64,000 nt of DNA from Eledone cirrhosa (Eukaryota), in assembly GCA_964016885.1 (NCBI GenBank), contig OZ024740.1, positions 175,088,001-175,152,000 of the forward strand, read 5' to 3'. Of the stretch, positions 12,745 to 26,025 are shown in pieces. The notes below the pieces were generated by a model. That model saw only the letters and a list, made by a program, of their open reading frames with translations. It ran no database searches and was not told where the DNA came from. A program made the position numbers and the translations under genes. Every line of letters begins with the position of its first letter. Within the stretch, counting starts at the first letter, position 1.

Positions 12745-12990
12745 ATAGTTATTAATGGTCTGTGTGTGGTTGGAGTGTCTATTTACATATTTCAAGTTTT
12801 CATTGATATATATATATATCTGCAACATCGTCTGTGGTGCTATTATGTTTCCTCCTATTGTATTGTATGTCTGACGATGTTATTTAAATAAAGATGGCGT
12901 AGACATACAATACAACAGGAGGAAACATAATAGCACCACTGACGATGTTAGACTATATATACGAAAGAACTTTGTTAGACTATATATATG
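12745..12990. mobile_element. Degenerate Penelope-like fold-back fragment (family E)
   Basis: Inverted arms about 12824-12872/12901-12949 between (TA)n tracts, with CTGACGA motifs at about 12871 and 12939. 12745-12795 matches 7155-7210 in reverse. Confidence 0.5.
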
Positions 12991-13232
12991 TGTGTTTGTG
13001 TCTATATTATATCTGTATTTTTGACCGTTGGTCAGTCAATGGTAAACATTGAGGACCGAATAAATTAAATTAACCGATATAAAAGACACAGAAGCGAAAA
13101 CCAACCAAACAGTGAGTGTGTTCTGTTATTAATTCTGGCAATATTATTACAACAATATGACCCTCCACAAGTATAACAATATTTGTTTCGACACACGATT
13201 TCATATCAAAAACCTCGCAAAACTAATTCATC

Positions 13233-13298
<66 letters not shown>

Positions 13299-13500
13299 GT
13301 TTGTATATGTATAATAAAGCCAAAACAATGCAGGTATGGACATAGAATAAAGAATGCAAATGCAAAAGATATTGTTGACAATTAGTCTTTTACCTTAGAT
13401 TTATTGAAATGTCCTTAATTTTCAAGATAATATCTCTTCTTCGGAGGGAAGTAAAGCGGTTAAACCAGTGTTCTAAATAGCTTGCAACATATAACTTCCT

Positions 13501-13585
<85 letters not shown>

Positions 13586-13701
13586 GTATATATATATATA
13601 CATATATATGTATATATATATGTATATATATATGTATATATATATATACATATATATGTATATATATATATGTATATATGTATATATATATATATATATA
13701 T

Positions 13702-14255
13702 ATAAAATATTAAACAAATAATGAATAAAACAATGAAACAGTTCCTTATATTAAACAAAAAAAGTTCATTATTTAACGATCGTTTCTAGGATATATATGT
13801 GTTAGAATTGGCATGCATATTCAACAGATCTATGTACAAAATTATACAAAATTATACAAACTATCAAGATTAAATATACATACCAACACATATATATGCC
13901 GTCTTCAGAAATTATTTCTGAAGACGGCATATATATGTGTTGGTATGTATATTTAATCTTGATAGTTTGTATAATTTTGTATAATTTTGTACATAGATCT
14001 GTTGAATATGCATGCCAATTCTAACACATATATATCCTAGAAACGATCGTTAAATAATGAACTTTTTTTGTTTAATATAAGGAACTGTTTCATTGTTTTA
14101 TTCATTATTTGTTTAATATTTTATCTTGACTCTGTATTCCGTTTATCTTTCACCGAAAGTGATTTTTCATTACATCTCTTCTTTCCATGATATCCGGAAT
14201 ACATTGAGTTCTTCATACGGATTGGACACTACCGTAAACTCTTGGTAGATTTATC

Positions 14256-14258
<3 letters not shown>
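13702..14258 (+). mobile_element. Penelope-like element (family B): perfect 423-bp palindrome plus unique tail, inserted in (TA)n
   Basis: 13702-14124 is symmetric about T13913 with 211-bp arms. Tail 14125-14258. (TA)n tracts on both sides. Confidence 0.8.
13911..14058 (+). ncRNA. Type I hammerhead ribozyme with long stem II
   Basis: Stem I ATTATTT(13911-17)/AAATAAT(14052-58). Core CTGAAGA 13918-24. Stem II ATATATATGTGTTGG/CTAACACATATATAT. GAAA 14040-43. Palindromic stem III ACGATCGT. Predicted cleavage after GTT (14051). Confidence 0.72.
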
Positions 14259-14304
<46 letters not shown>

Positions 14305-14608
14305 TTGAATCTCTTTAATTAATTCATTTAAAATAGTTAGATAATTTATTGTTATATTTTGTACAGCATATCTTATTTATATATTTAATAAATTCAAACA
14401 AACAGGAAACATTAGTCAATATGGAAGTATTGGTTTAAATAACACATCATTTTTTTAAATTGAATTACAAAATATAATAACAATAAAAAAGGAAATAACG
14501 AAAAATTAATCAAATATATCTTTCCTTTAATAAAATTTTCATGGCTTGTAATTACATTTTAATTTAGTTGTTGTTATTGTTATTATCATTATCATTATCA
14601 TTATCATT

Positions 14609-14811
14609 TTGGCGGTATCGGTAGAGCGTCGGACACCAGTTTGTGGCATATAGTTACATCTTTTTATGTTCTGAGTTCAATTCCCGCCAAGATTAGTTTT
14701 GCCATTCATCCTTACGGGATCAATAAAATAGAGTACCAGTAATGCACTGGGATCGATTTAATCGACTTTCCCTTCGCCCCAAATTGTTTGCCTTGTGCCT
14801 AAACCAAAAAC

Positions 14812-14843
<32 letters not shown>

Positions 14844-15045
14844 ATTGGTGGATTGGCAGTATCGGTAGAGGGTCGGACGCCATGCTTTCCAGCATAGTTA
14901 CGTCCCTTTACAATCTGAGTTCAAATCCCACTGAGGTTGAGACTTTGCCTTTCATCCTTACGGGGTCGATAAAATAAAGTACCAGTAATGCACTGGGTAA
15001 TTGCTGGCCTTGTGCCTAAAGTAGAAACAATTATTATTATTATTT
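14609..15045 (+). mobile_element. Two tandem S1 SINEs
   Basis: Two head-to-tail copies with A/B boxes and (TAT)n tails. Confidence 0.85.
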
Positions 15046-15426
15046 TATTCTTAAGTATATCTGAGACAATGTTTCTGTGACATCACTTGCTATTACTGAT
15101 AATAAAATAATGATCATTATGGTGGTGGTGTTAGGAAGATAATTGTTGACTAAATCAATATCACTATTTCACAGGTACAATTTTTTTATTATCGATTTAA
15201 ATTAAGTAAATAGCCCAAATTAGCGTATATGCTCACATGCGTGTGCACACATACACACACACACAAATACAAAAGCTTTGAGAATCACATCCACTTTAAG
15301 AAATTTAATAGCATGGTAAAGTAGTAATATTTATCTAAGATATCTTCATAATAAATCACTGTCACTGAACAGCCGTGGGCAGTCTAAACCTGGTAGTACC
15401 CATCCCTTTCTAGGTTTGATCACAAA

Positions 15427-15487
<61 letters not shown>

Positions 15488-15490
<3 letters not shown>

Positions 15491-16378
15491 GGTGTGGACG
15501 ATATTTGTTCGTAAGATTACTGTCTAGGAAAAAGTAACACAGTAGTTTTATTTTTTAAGATATATTTATCAAACTTGGGTCAGTTTGTCTTCATGACTTG
15601 TTCTTTCGATTTCACTCGATAAACCCGTCATTTGCTTTGATGACGGCCTCAAGGCGGCCTCGGAACCGGCTACAAGCCTTCGTCACTGTCCCCCGACTTA
15701 GGCCCCTAAAGGCACTTGTGATCCTGGCCTTCAGATCGTCTTTTGTATTGCAGCTAGATCTGTTGGTGTCTTGTTCCACTGCACCCCACATAAAGTCGTC
15801 GAGGGGGTTGCAGTCAGGCGAGCTGGGAGGCCAGATGTCAGGTGAAGTGTGGTCGACGAAGTTCTCTGACAGCCAGGATGGGTCTTTCGGCTGGTATGGC
15901 AGGGTGCTGAGTCTTGCTGCCACACGTACGGCCTACCTGCAGTACCTGGTCGATCCAGGGCTTTACTACCTCGCTCAGAATGTGGATGTAGCCATCGGTG
16001 TTCAGCTTGAGGCCCTCAGGGAAGAAGTGAGGTGGCACAACATCACCTTGACTACTGGTGACACCTTAAGACCAATGTTGTCGCTGGAAACTTTGTCTGC
16101 ATGACTCTGGGCACGTCTTTGGATGAGACAGCGAGCCACCTGTTGTTCTGGGAGTTGATCTTCTGGCCTTATTTGTCCTCCCGGTGCAGATTCCAAGAAG
16201 AACTCCGTGTCTCTTCCACAAATTTGGAGGTTCAAAATTATTCAGAATCAATTATTCTGAAAATAAATAATGGAAATATAGTCACTGTTTTTATGAAGAC
16301 AAGAGTGACAACGGAAGTAAAACCCATTTGCATAAAATTAGCAGTTGAAAATTGCAAACAAATATCGTCCACACCCTG
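15488..16378 (-). mobile_element. Internally deleted Tc1/mariner transposon, DD37D (maT) type, with transposase remnant
   Basis: 22-bp TIR CAGGGTGTGGACGATATTTGTT at both ends with TA flanks. Frameshifted transposase MPPHFF...WQQDSAPCH...WPPSSPDCNPLD; I count 37 residues between the last two Asp across one frameshift. Confidence 0.92.
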
Positions 16379-16397
16379 TATATGTATATATATATAT

Positions 16398-16552
16398 AAT
16401 GCACCAGAGTCCTCAATACTTAGGGTAGTAGAGTGGGTAATAGTAAAAGAGTCAGGACTCCAACGACTGAGCTCCGGCCATTTTAACAGCTAGATCCGAA
16501 CAGTTTGGATCTAGCTGTTGAAATGGCCGGGGTCCTGACTCTTTTCCCATAT
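16398..16552. mobile_element. Family A fold-back element, older copy
   Basis: GCACCAGAGTCCTCAATACT...GTAGTAGAGTGGGTAA followed by an imperfect hairpin centred on GATCCGAACAGTTTGGATC, flanked by TA repeats. Confidence 0.65.
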
Positions 16553-16854
16553 ATATTAAGAGAGAGAGAGAATTCAACCCTAGTATTGAACAGGTATTTC
16601 ATTTATCAACCTGAAAAGAATGAAAGGCAAATTTGGCCTTGGTGGGATTTGACACAGAGCACAGAGAATTTGAATGAGTATCACAAACATTCTATCCAAT
16701 CTTAATGACTGCTAATTTGCTGTCTATCATAAGACACTGGAAAGATGAAAGGACATGTCGATCTTGGAAGGGATTGAAATCAGATTGTATAAGTATGGAA
16801 CTAAATACTGTAAATACTTTTATCCAGCACTCTACTAATTCTCTCATCCACTGC

Positions 16855-16949
16855 TCAGAGTTTACAAATCAAAAATAATACAACAAAAGTGAATATAACA
16901 ATGATGTGCAGGGTTGTCTTAATAAGAGTAAACCAATACCCTGAGACTC
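16855..16949 (-). CDS. Candidate terminal exon of the minus-strand host gene (GVSGYWFTLIKTTLHIIVIFTFVVLFLICKL*)
   Basis: Acceptor TATTTGTGTATTTAG. Phase 1 is compatible with exon 20175-20230. Encodes a hydrophobic TM-like stretch before the stop. Could be chance T-rich sequence. Confidence 0.35.
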
Positions 16950-17999
16950 CTAAATACACAAATAGTGCAGAAATTCAATATTGGTCCCACAACAACTGGC
17001 CAGTATGCCCGAGACAGCGCTATGTATATATTTGAGTTTTAACTTATTTTGTACTTTGTTCATTTTTGTTGTTGTTATGCCTTAAATCTACACAGTTTTA
17101 GGGCTGCTTGTCATATGTTTCTTGCCCTATCATATTACTATTTTCTGGTGGCAGGATGTAGGATTTGAATTCAGAGCACAGAAAGCTAAAGCAGGTACTG
17201 AAGGTACTGAAAGGTATCTCATCTGATAGTAACAATTCCACCAATTGCCTTGGACTGGCACTTTCTTTATAGACACCAAAAGAATGAAAAGCAAAGTTGA
17301 TCTGAAATAAATATCACAAGACATTTAATTTAACATTCTCACAACTAACAATTTGTTGCCTTAGTTACTTCAATAACAATGGGTGATGGTTATTTTCCAC
17401 TTAATTCACAAGTGTGTAAGCGAAAAACCTGTCAATTTAGTAATAAGTAATTAACTGATGAATAATATCATTCATTTAGTATCCAGATAATATCTCATTG
17501 TTTACATACATGATACACATGAGATACATGTGGTTTTGTTAGCAACAATAGGTAACATCTACCCCTTAATTAGCAACTGGTAATTACCACTTAGTAAACA
17601 GGTATTCTCAATTAACCACAAGTAAAATATTTGCTGCTTAATTGACATTAAATAATATGTCAATTAATTTAGACTAGAGATAAATTAGCTCCCAGATAAC
17701 TAGGTGATGGCCTGTCATATATAGTGTTTCTTAAAGGAAATGTAGAGCACAGTATTGCTAGCTAATGGATCTTCATGAACGCAATAAATTATAAACACTT
17801 ATATAACCCTAAGTAAATAGTTAGAAATAGTTGGAACCAGTCATTAACCATTTTAAACACTATTATTTTCATATCAATTTGAAAATGATCAAAAGCCTGA
17901 AAGTATTCAATCGCATTAACAGAGGTTTTACCAATCACAATGATAAAAATTACATACATTCACAATTATATTCAATTAAGTTGTATTATATATCATAAT

Positions 18000-18858
18000 A
18001 TAGATACGTTTTATATTTCCCATGTATTTCTGATGACAATTATCATCATTATCATCATATATATTAATAGATAATACATTATATTACCAGTAAAGTGATA
18101 TTTCATATATAGTTTGAAATGACAGGTGTGTTGCATCGTATTAGTAATAGACAAAATTCCAACAAGTACATCCATTGAGAGGTGCTGCATAATAATATTA
18201 AGTTATCTGTTTATTACACATATTCCACAAGTATAGCCTTTGGAAAGTAGCACTTATTGAGATATTACATAAACTTCTTAAATATTTTCTATTAAGTATT
18301 ATATATCATAATATAAGAATGAATTATTATACATATACATATTCCACAGGTATTTCCATTGTTAGGTTTTGTATATCACATGGCAAACAATATCTATTGA
18401 GAGACATTACATAAATTTCTTAAATATTTTCAATTAATATGTATTGTATATCATAATATAGGTATCTGCTTTCATACATATGCCATCTAAGCATTTCCAA
18501 AGACATGTTATATATAATAACGAAGGTCATATTAACAGAAATATTCAGTAATTCTTTTCCTTACCAAATAGACACCAAATTGCAAATAAGTACTCCATAA
18601 GTATACCAAAGGCAAATTCGTATATATCATTATATCAGTGGTAATTACCATAAATATCCAATAATTTATAATAAAAGGTGTTGCATATCCCATTCAGATT
18701 AAGCAAGCATTCCAGTAGTGTTTCCAGTGAGAGCTTTACAAATCACATTAGAAGATATATGTTATCAAAAATATCCCTCAGGTATTTTCCAATTTCCAAT
18801 GAGATTATATATATATATCATCCTTTTACATTCATTTTTCCATGCCTGTATCGGTTGG

Positions 18859-18903
<45 letters not shown>

Positions 18904-19480
18904 CATGTATATTTCCAATGATACATTCACATATCCCATTAGAGATTATTTCCATATTACATTAGAGAATATGTGTTATCAAAAATATCCAACATGTTGA
19001 GAGGTTATTCCTGTATTATATATATTCCATGTGTATTCCCACAAATATTCCAATGATAATTATGTGTCTGTATCCCATTAGAGGTTGTATTATCACAAGT
19101 ATTCCACAAGTATTTCCAATTATATATGTTGCAGACCAGATTGGAAGATATGTATTGTAACAAATGTTACACAAAGCAAGTATATCCAATGGCATATATC
19201 ACATCATATCAGAAGATATGTAGTATCACAAGTATTCCAAATTTCCAATGACATATCAAATATTGTAAGATATTTATTACCACAAATATGTATTCTCAGA
19301 TATTCCAATTTTCGATATTGCATATCACAGAGCATATTTTCCTAAATAGTTCATAAATATTTCCATTCATAAATATTCCATGTTGTGTTAAAAGTTATCA
19401 GCTGCAAGTATTCCATGGATATTTCCTAGAATCATGTTATATGTTATCATAAGTAATCCAAATAACTTGTAAGTGTACTT
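18000..19480. repeat. Highly degenerate ~60-65 bp satellite
   Basis: Recurrent TATTCCACAAGTATTTCCAAT and CATATCCCATTAGAG motifs at roughly 60-65 bp spacing or multiples of it. Confidence 0.6.
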
Positions 19481-20174
19481 CACATTACATACACATTTCC
19501 TTTCTGAAGCTCATCCATTACCAGGGATAGCTAATTGTGTTGCTGTCAGTGTTTTAAAGAATGTTTTCTCAAAGAAGACATAAATCCAAAGAAATTTAGG
19601 GGTCCTTTTATGCAGATATAGATGTTTACATATATACATTTTCATACAGAAATAAATAATAAACAAATTATATTAATTATGCTTTCTAAACATAAGTATA
19701 AAGTTACACATTTTAAAAGGGTACAAATGATTCAATTCAGGGATCCCTAAACATTTTAGGTGATTGACCCCTTTGTGGAATCTAACCTCTCATAAATTCC
19801 TGGCATGTACAAAATTGAATAAGGAAATAAATAAATTAGTAAACAGAATATAAAATATATAGACAGAAAAGACTAATTATATATATATAACTCAGAAACT
19901 TGTCTTAACAATTATGTTTTATTGTATTATTTTATGTATATTCGTTTCTTATACAAATGTCAGGTTTTGGCCAAAATGGTTCAATTCATCTACCTGGGTA
20001 TTCCCATCAACCTTATGGATAGTCCCAATAACATTGGGGATCAATATAAACCACTTTAGAGAGCCCTATAAATAATTACCACATACCATTTAATTCTTTA
20101 CCCAACCAATTTAGCTGACTTTCCAACTTATATATTATTAAAAATTGTAGTAGTAAAAATAATAATTTCTTTAC

Positions 20175-20230
20175 CTGCCTCAAGGTCAGTGGACAAGGAC
20201 ATTACAAAAACAGTAGAGTTTACATAAACT
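20175..20230 (-). CDS. Candidate internal exon (VYVNSTVFVMSLSTDLEA)
   Basis: Strong acceptor (poly-T then CATTTTTATATTAG), donor CAG|GTAAAG, 56 nt, open in phase 2 to 1, non-repetitive. Confidence 0.5.
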
Positions 20231-21714
20231 CTAATATAAAAATGAAAAAAAAACTGCCATGAAAAACAGTATAAAAAAAGGAATCAAATGAGGCATCCCA
20301 ATAGAGGGACAGCTACACAGATTGAATCAAGAAACCCTGTAAATCCAGAATTATCCTGATTACTATGGGGGCAAGTTTCTTCTCCCAGTTGTGTTCTCCA
20401 GCCAAGAAAGACTCCATTCATCTGGATCATTCTTACTACTCTGCACCTTTTAACAAATTTACTGGAAGGAGCACTTCCTTATGTCTCCACTCATTTTCAA
20501 TACTATCTGAGTTGACAAAGACAAGCAATACCTCAATCATATCTCTAATAAAATGCATTATCTTATGTTTCAACAAGAATTTAGAGTGACTTAGTAAAAT
20601 AACTAATTTCTCCATCATAAAGCTGCTGTTTAGAGCATAATAAATATAACAGAGGGTTACATAAAATTTAGTGTGTTTATATTTAAATAAAATACTTTTA
20701 AGATGCAGTTTTGAATAATAAAACTAGGGTTGATCTCAAGCAGGTTGTTAAGTAAAAAGATAAAGGCTGTATCAATACAGCTATAACATTTCTGAAAGTT
20801 GTGATCAAAATGTTTATACCAAAGCAAACAAGCAAACACATCGAAACAACAATGATGATGATGATGATGATGATGAAAAATCACCCCTTGCTCAAAATGG
20901 CTAACTAAAATTGTAGTCAATAGTGTGTGCATGCACACACATAAAAACACACCAAAGTATACACACACACACTCAAATGTCTGCTCACACACGCACATGC
21001 ACACACCCCTAAGTGCACACAATGTACACAAGCATGTATGCACACAGAGACAGACACACAAACAGAACATATATTTGTGCGTTTCTTAAACAGAAAACCT
21101 CAAATGTTTGATTATCTAACATTCTATTAGCAATCTGATATCAGCTTTTGCTGAATTCTTGTTTAATTAAGTCATAATTGTTTAATTATGTTTGGCTGGC
21201 ACAAAAGGTCAATGCAAGACAAAATATTGAAATAATTGCATTGTAGAATTTAATTTCATCTGGTTATAGTCTGAGATCAAATCTTGATGAGGTCAACATT
21301 ACTTTTGTACCCACTGCCATGCTGAGAAATCATAGGCAGTGAATTAGAAGTGTTAGAGTGTTGGGAGAAATGCCTTCCAGTATTTATTCTGACGCCTTGC
21401 ATTATTAGTTTAATTTTCCCCTCCACATTCTCTCTCTCGCTGGGCAGTGAATTGGCAGTATCAGTAGAGCGCTGGACAAAATGATTTGTGGCATTTAGAT
21501 TTTCTGTGCTCTGAGTTCAAATTCTGTCCAGGGTCGATAGATTTAAAACCAGTAAAGGACTGGGCTCAATGAAATCAACTTTCCCCTCCCCCAAAATTAC
21601 TGGCCTTGTGCCTAAATTATAAATTATTATTAGTTCAAATTCCACTGTGGTCATCTTTATCGTTCATCCTTCCAGGACTGGTAAAATAAAGCATTAGTCT
21701 AGTGCAGTGCACTG

Positions 21715-21960
21715 GTGGAGTAATTAGAGCATCAGATAGAAAGCCTCGTGGTAGCTGTTCCACCTTTTTGCATTCCGAGTTCAAATTCCACCAAGCATAC
21801 TTGGGAGGAACACTGACCCTTGAGTTCACTCTCTTTTGCAAGAATTCAAACCAGTCTCCGTTTTCAGGATATTTTTCCGTCCTCCCATCCCACATGTCTT
21901 GAAGGCCATGAGAGAGGCCATGAACACTGTGTTTCTGCCTGACTAAACAATAGAAAAAAC
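21715..21960 (+). mobile_element. Ancient SINE family S5
   Basis: tRNA-like head (GAGTTCAAATTCC), shared body and CCTGACTAAACAATAGAAAAAA end. Confidence 0.6.
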
Positions 21961-23671
21961 TTCTGCCAGCATTAGAGTAGAAAGGAATAACATTTGTTTA
22001 ATGCACTCAAAAGTCAAAAACATATTCTACATTTAGTGATTCATCTTCATTTCAGCAAGTATAGTGAAAAGTTTCTGATTCACTTAGATGGTCTAATAAA
22101 TCAAAAACATATAAATTGTCTCCTGTACTTGCCAAAATAACTAAAACTAGCAAGACCTGTGGAGTTTCCACATTTTATATACATACTAATTTCTGTTTTG
22201 ATGCATAAATTTATAGATTTTCATAGCATTCTTCCATTATGTTGAAGATTTTGATTTTGATTGTCTTTGATTCTTTCTGTTCCATAGTTAAGTTAATTAT
22301 ATTCAATCACATAATACAAGCAAAATAATGATATAGATACTGTTAGTTTCAAACATTTCATATTGATTTCTATTGTAGGCAATCAGGTTTGAATAAGTAC
22401 ATCGTCTCTTTGTATATTGAAAGAAAAGTTGACATAAAAATGATGATGATCATCATAGTCACTAATATTGTCTGTTCACCACTGCATAATTGTTTATAAT
22501 TAATTTTTTGAATACACACTGTACTAACTTAATTATATGTTTTATAGTATTCAGTTATTCAGAGCAATATCAGTGTTTGGCAAGGTATTTCACCTGATAC
22601 CTTGCAGTATTTGATCTGGCTCTTTGTGTTTTAAGTTTAATTGGGCATTGCTCTTTTCTCACTGACAGTGAAAATGAAAGAATGTAAAAGAAAAAAAACT
22701 AAGGAGAGATTCAAAGTGATAGAGTAACTGCAGCTATCCATGTTGTATGAAGCAATTAAAAAGATTGGCATCAGGAAGGGCTACTTCCATGTAACCCATG
22801 CCAACATGAAAGAACAGATGTAAAAACAATGAGGATAATATTTCTTTCGCCTTTGAGAGGTTGGAAATGTAATACATCAGTAATTGTCAAGTTCAAAACG
22901 GCATCAAACAATTGGAAAAGGAATGATGGAGAGGAGGAGAAAGGGTAATGGAAAGAGAAATATTGGAGGGTTTGACAAGGATATGAGTTAGATTTGGAGC
23001 ATTCCATTTGAGGATATGGCGAATGTAACAGAACCACAAACCTTTCCAAGAAGATATTTTAATAACATCTACACACCCTTAAACTTTTTTAGGTATTTAT
23101 ATTTTCCTTTTCTCCTTGAACATCAGCTACTGATGTAGTTGTAGTGACACTGTCATGACATCTTCAGTATTTTAGACCTGTCAGATATTAATTCTCTAGG
23201 TAAGAGAAGAATTTTGGGGACACCCTGTATATGTACCTGTCAGATAATAATTCTCTAAGTAAGAGAAGAATTATCTGACAGGTGTAAAACACACACACAC
23301 ACACACACACACACAATGGATCCAGTAGTTGACTTCAAACAATGAAAATTTAGTCATTTGATTCACTGAATGTCCAACTTATGAATTAATGGGTGAGTGT
23401 TTGAATATTCCACAGGCATGTGTACCCTAAATGTAATTCTTTATCAGAATGAGTGTGATACAATTCTAGCAAGACTGGACTTTTGAATTACACACAAATT
23501 CCATACTAAGTGACATGTAGTTTCCCTCTAACCAATTTAACTCACAAAGTTTGAGTTTACCTCGAGACATGGTAAAGGCACATCATCAAGATATCACACA
23601 GTGGAATAGAAACTGGGTCCTTATGATTACGAAACAATCTTCTTAACCTCTCAGCCCCACACGTGTGTGCA

Positions 23672-23707
<36 letters not shown>

Positions 23708-23901
23708 ATCTAAGTTTTCCCAAATATTTCCTTACCAAAAAAAAAAGGTTATGTTCTCCATTTCTTTTTGTCGAGTTCTACATTTCGCCATTTGTATGTG
23801 TTTTGTCCCATTTTCTACTTGTTTGATTATATTTCACACACATATATACACACTTACACGTATATATACATATGCACACACACATATATACACACACACA
23901 C

Positions 23902-23944
<43 letters not shown>

Positions 23945-23991
23945 CACATAATATGCATGCATACACACACACACGCATGAACGCGCGCGCG

Positions 23992-24033
<42 letters not shown>

Positions 24034-24385
24034 TGCACAAACCCATCCTCCTCCTCTCACACACCAGTATAGAATAAGACATTGTCGTGACTAAACAAAA
24101 TATTGGTTGGTGTCAGCTGTTGCAACTTGTATCAGACAATCAGGAATATTGTAATGGCCCATTCTCTTATGACCCATAAGATTAAAAACTGGGTTATGCT
24201 CTTAACATACGCCACAAGTAAATGGCAGTAAGATAGCATAACTTTTACATTAGTATGTATATGGATGTGTCTATAAAAACATCAATATATTTGAACATAT
24301 AAATATATGTGTGTGGATGTGTGTGTAAAAACGTCAATGTCAATATATATGTACATATGAACATATATGTTGTTATGTACATATA

Positions 24386-24461
24386 CAGGGTGCCCTAACA
24401 AATGTATACACATTTTTATTAGAATGATGTTGAAGTGTGTATACATTTTTTGGGACATCAT
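24386..24461. mobile_element. Minimal Tc1/mariner-type MITE (essentially two TIRs)
   Basis: TA|CAGGGTGCCCTAACAAATGTATACACA ... TGTGTATACATTTTTTGGGACATC. A similar TIR end lies at about 23212-23229. Confidence 0.55.
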
Positions 24462-24595
24462 CATCATCATTGAAACTAATGGACATATATGTTCACATAT
24501 CGGCTGAGGCCATGTTAGAAGACAATTTTCGTGTGAATGTATGTATATATTACTAGCATAAGTTTAATATGTTAAATTACTTCTCTGAGTTTGAT

Positions 24596-25247
24596 AAAAC
24601 TAAGGATGTCTGTGTGTGTGAGTTTGAATCCCTAAAACTAGAGAACCACCAAACCGACTGTTTTCAAACTTTACACATGTAATACTTATGTTTCAGGAAG
24701 TGCTCTGATCAAAAGAAATTACAAATTTTCAATGCCCTAGGGACCGCATTAGGCGATTTAGCGATCTCACTCTATAATTCTTAGTCTTTCTCTTTTTAGA
24801 TAAATACATGCATATAACGTCGCGCCCTTATAACCTTATAATATCTGTCTGTATGTCTGCATTACGTCACTTCCTACAATTCGGTCTGCGTCCTGAACGC
24901 ACCCTTATAATATCTGTCTGTATGTCTGGCTGTCTGCATTACGTCACTTCCTACAATTCGCTCTGCGTCCAGAACGCGTCCTTATAATATCTCTCTGTAT
25001 GTCTGGCTGTCTGCTGCCTTCGGTTATTCCGCCACCCTTGCTCACGACCAATCTCACACTCATTCCCCAAACAGTTGGTAAGTGAACACAACTTCTTCCT
25101 CACGTTTTAAACCACAGTGTTGCTTACTTACGTACCACCAGACCCTTACTTCTTTGCCAGCCGTGGTTGTGGCAATACTAAGCTTAGCTAAGGCGGTTAT
25201 ATATTTCACAATACCTTATTCCGTGCAACCCCGGGTACCACTGCTAG
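24596..25247 (+). mobile_element. Non-autonomous Helitron (5' truncated)
   Basis: 3' end CCGTGCAACCCCGGGTACCACTG-CTAG|T (hairpin plus CTAG). Internal ~60-bp triplication. Homologous to 59471-60403 on the opposite strand. Confidence 0.8.
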
Positions 25248-25320
25248 TTATTTTATCCATTCATTGAAATGTCTAAGTATTGTAGACAAATACCTTTTTA
25301 ATTGATAGGTATGTGTGTGT

Positions 25321-25668
25321 CATCATCATCATCATTTCATTTTACGTCCGCTTTTTCCCTGCTCGCAAGGGTGGGACGGGAACTGATTCTGGCTTGATTT
25401 CTACAGCTGGATGCCCTTCCTAACACCAACCTCATTTACAGTGAGTGCTGGGTGCTTTTTTTTTTTGCCGTAGCACCTCCATGACCACTTTGCAGTTGAA
25501 TGATATGGACCCCAGTCCCTATCATCTCATTTCTACAGCTGAGTAAACTGGAGCAATGTGAAATAAAGTGTCTTGCTCAAGGAAACAACACATCACCCGG
25601 TCTGAGAATTGAACTCACAACCTTTCGATTGCAAGGCCAATGCTCTAACCACTAAGCCATGTGCCTAC
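25321..25668 (-). mobile_element. S2 CORE-SINE with RTE tail
   Basis: Reverse-complement copy of 10875-11205. Confidence 0.85.
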
Positions 25669-25720
25669 ATATATATGTGTATACATATATATATATATAT
25701 ATATAATATAATATAATCTT

Positions 25721-26025
25721 CATCATCGTTTAACATCCATCTTCCACGCTAGCATGGGCTAGACGGGTTTGTCTTACTTGAGGCAAGATTGGTCGGAACT
25801 GTTTCTGGCTCGATTTCTACGACTGGATGCCCTTCCTAACACCAACCACATTTACAGTGTGGACTGGGAACCTTTTTACCATGTCTCCTACACGACCACT
25901 TTACAGTGTGGACTGGGTGCTTTTTGTCGTGACACCTACACAACCACTATACAGTGTGGACTGGGTACTTTTTGTCGTGACACCTACACAACCAATTTAC
26001 AGTATGGACTGGATGTTCTGTGGTA
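25721..26025 (-). mobile_element. Non-autonomous RTE-derived bipartite element with ~42-bp tandem units
   Basis: RTE 3' tail plus GGATGCCCTTCCTAACACCAACC motif plus four ACAGTGTGGACTGG units. Same family as 960-1200. Relatives at 35630-35885 (+) and 37580-37870 (-). Confidence 0.7.

Noticed and set aside
13390-13758. YIYI/HTHT/CVCV-rich ORFs here and at 4.9, 5.5, 12.7, 23.8, 27.8, 45 and 49 kb
   Set aside because: Translations of (TA)n/(CA)n microsatellites.
18000-19480. Possible decayed C2H2 zinc-finger array (one minus-strand YHWNICG reading)
   Set aside because: The period is about 60-65 bp rather than 84 bp, and there are no TGEKP linkers or His pairs.
20365-20618. 60-74 aa ORFs in apparently unique sequence
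   Set aside because: No recognisable motif or splice sites; probably decayed transposon sequence.
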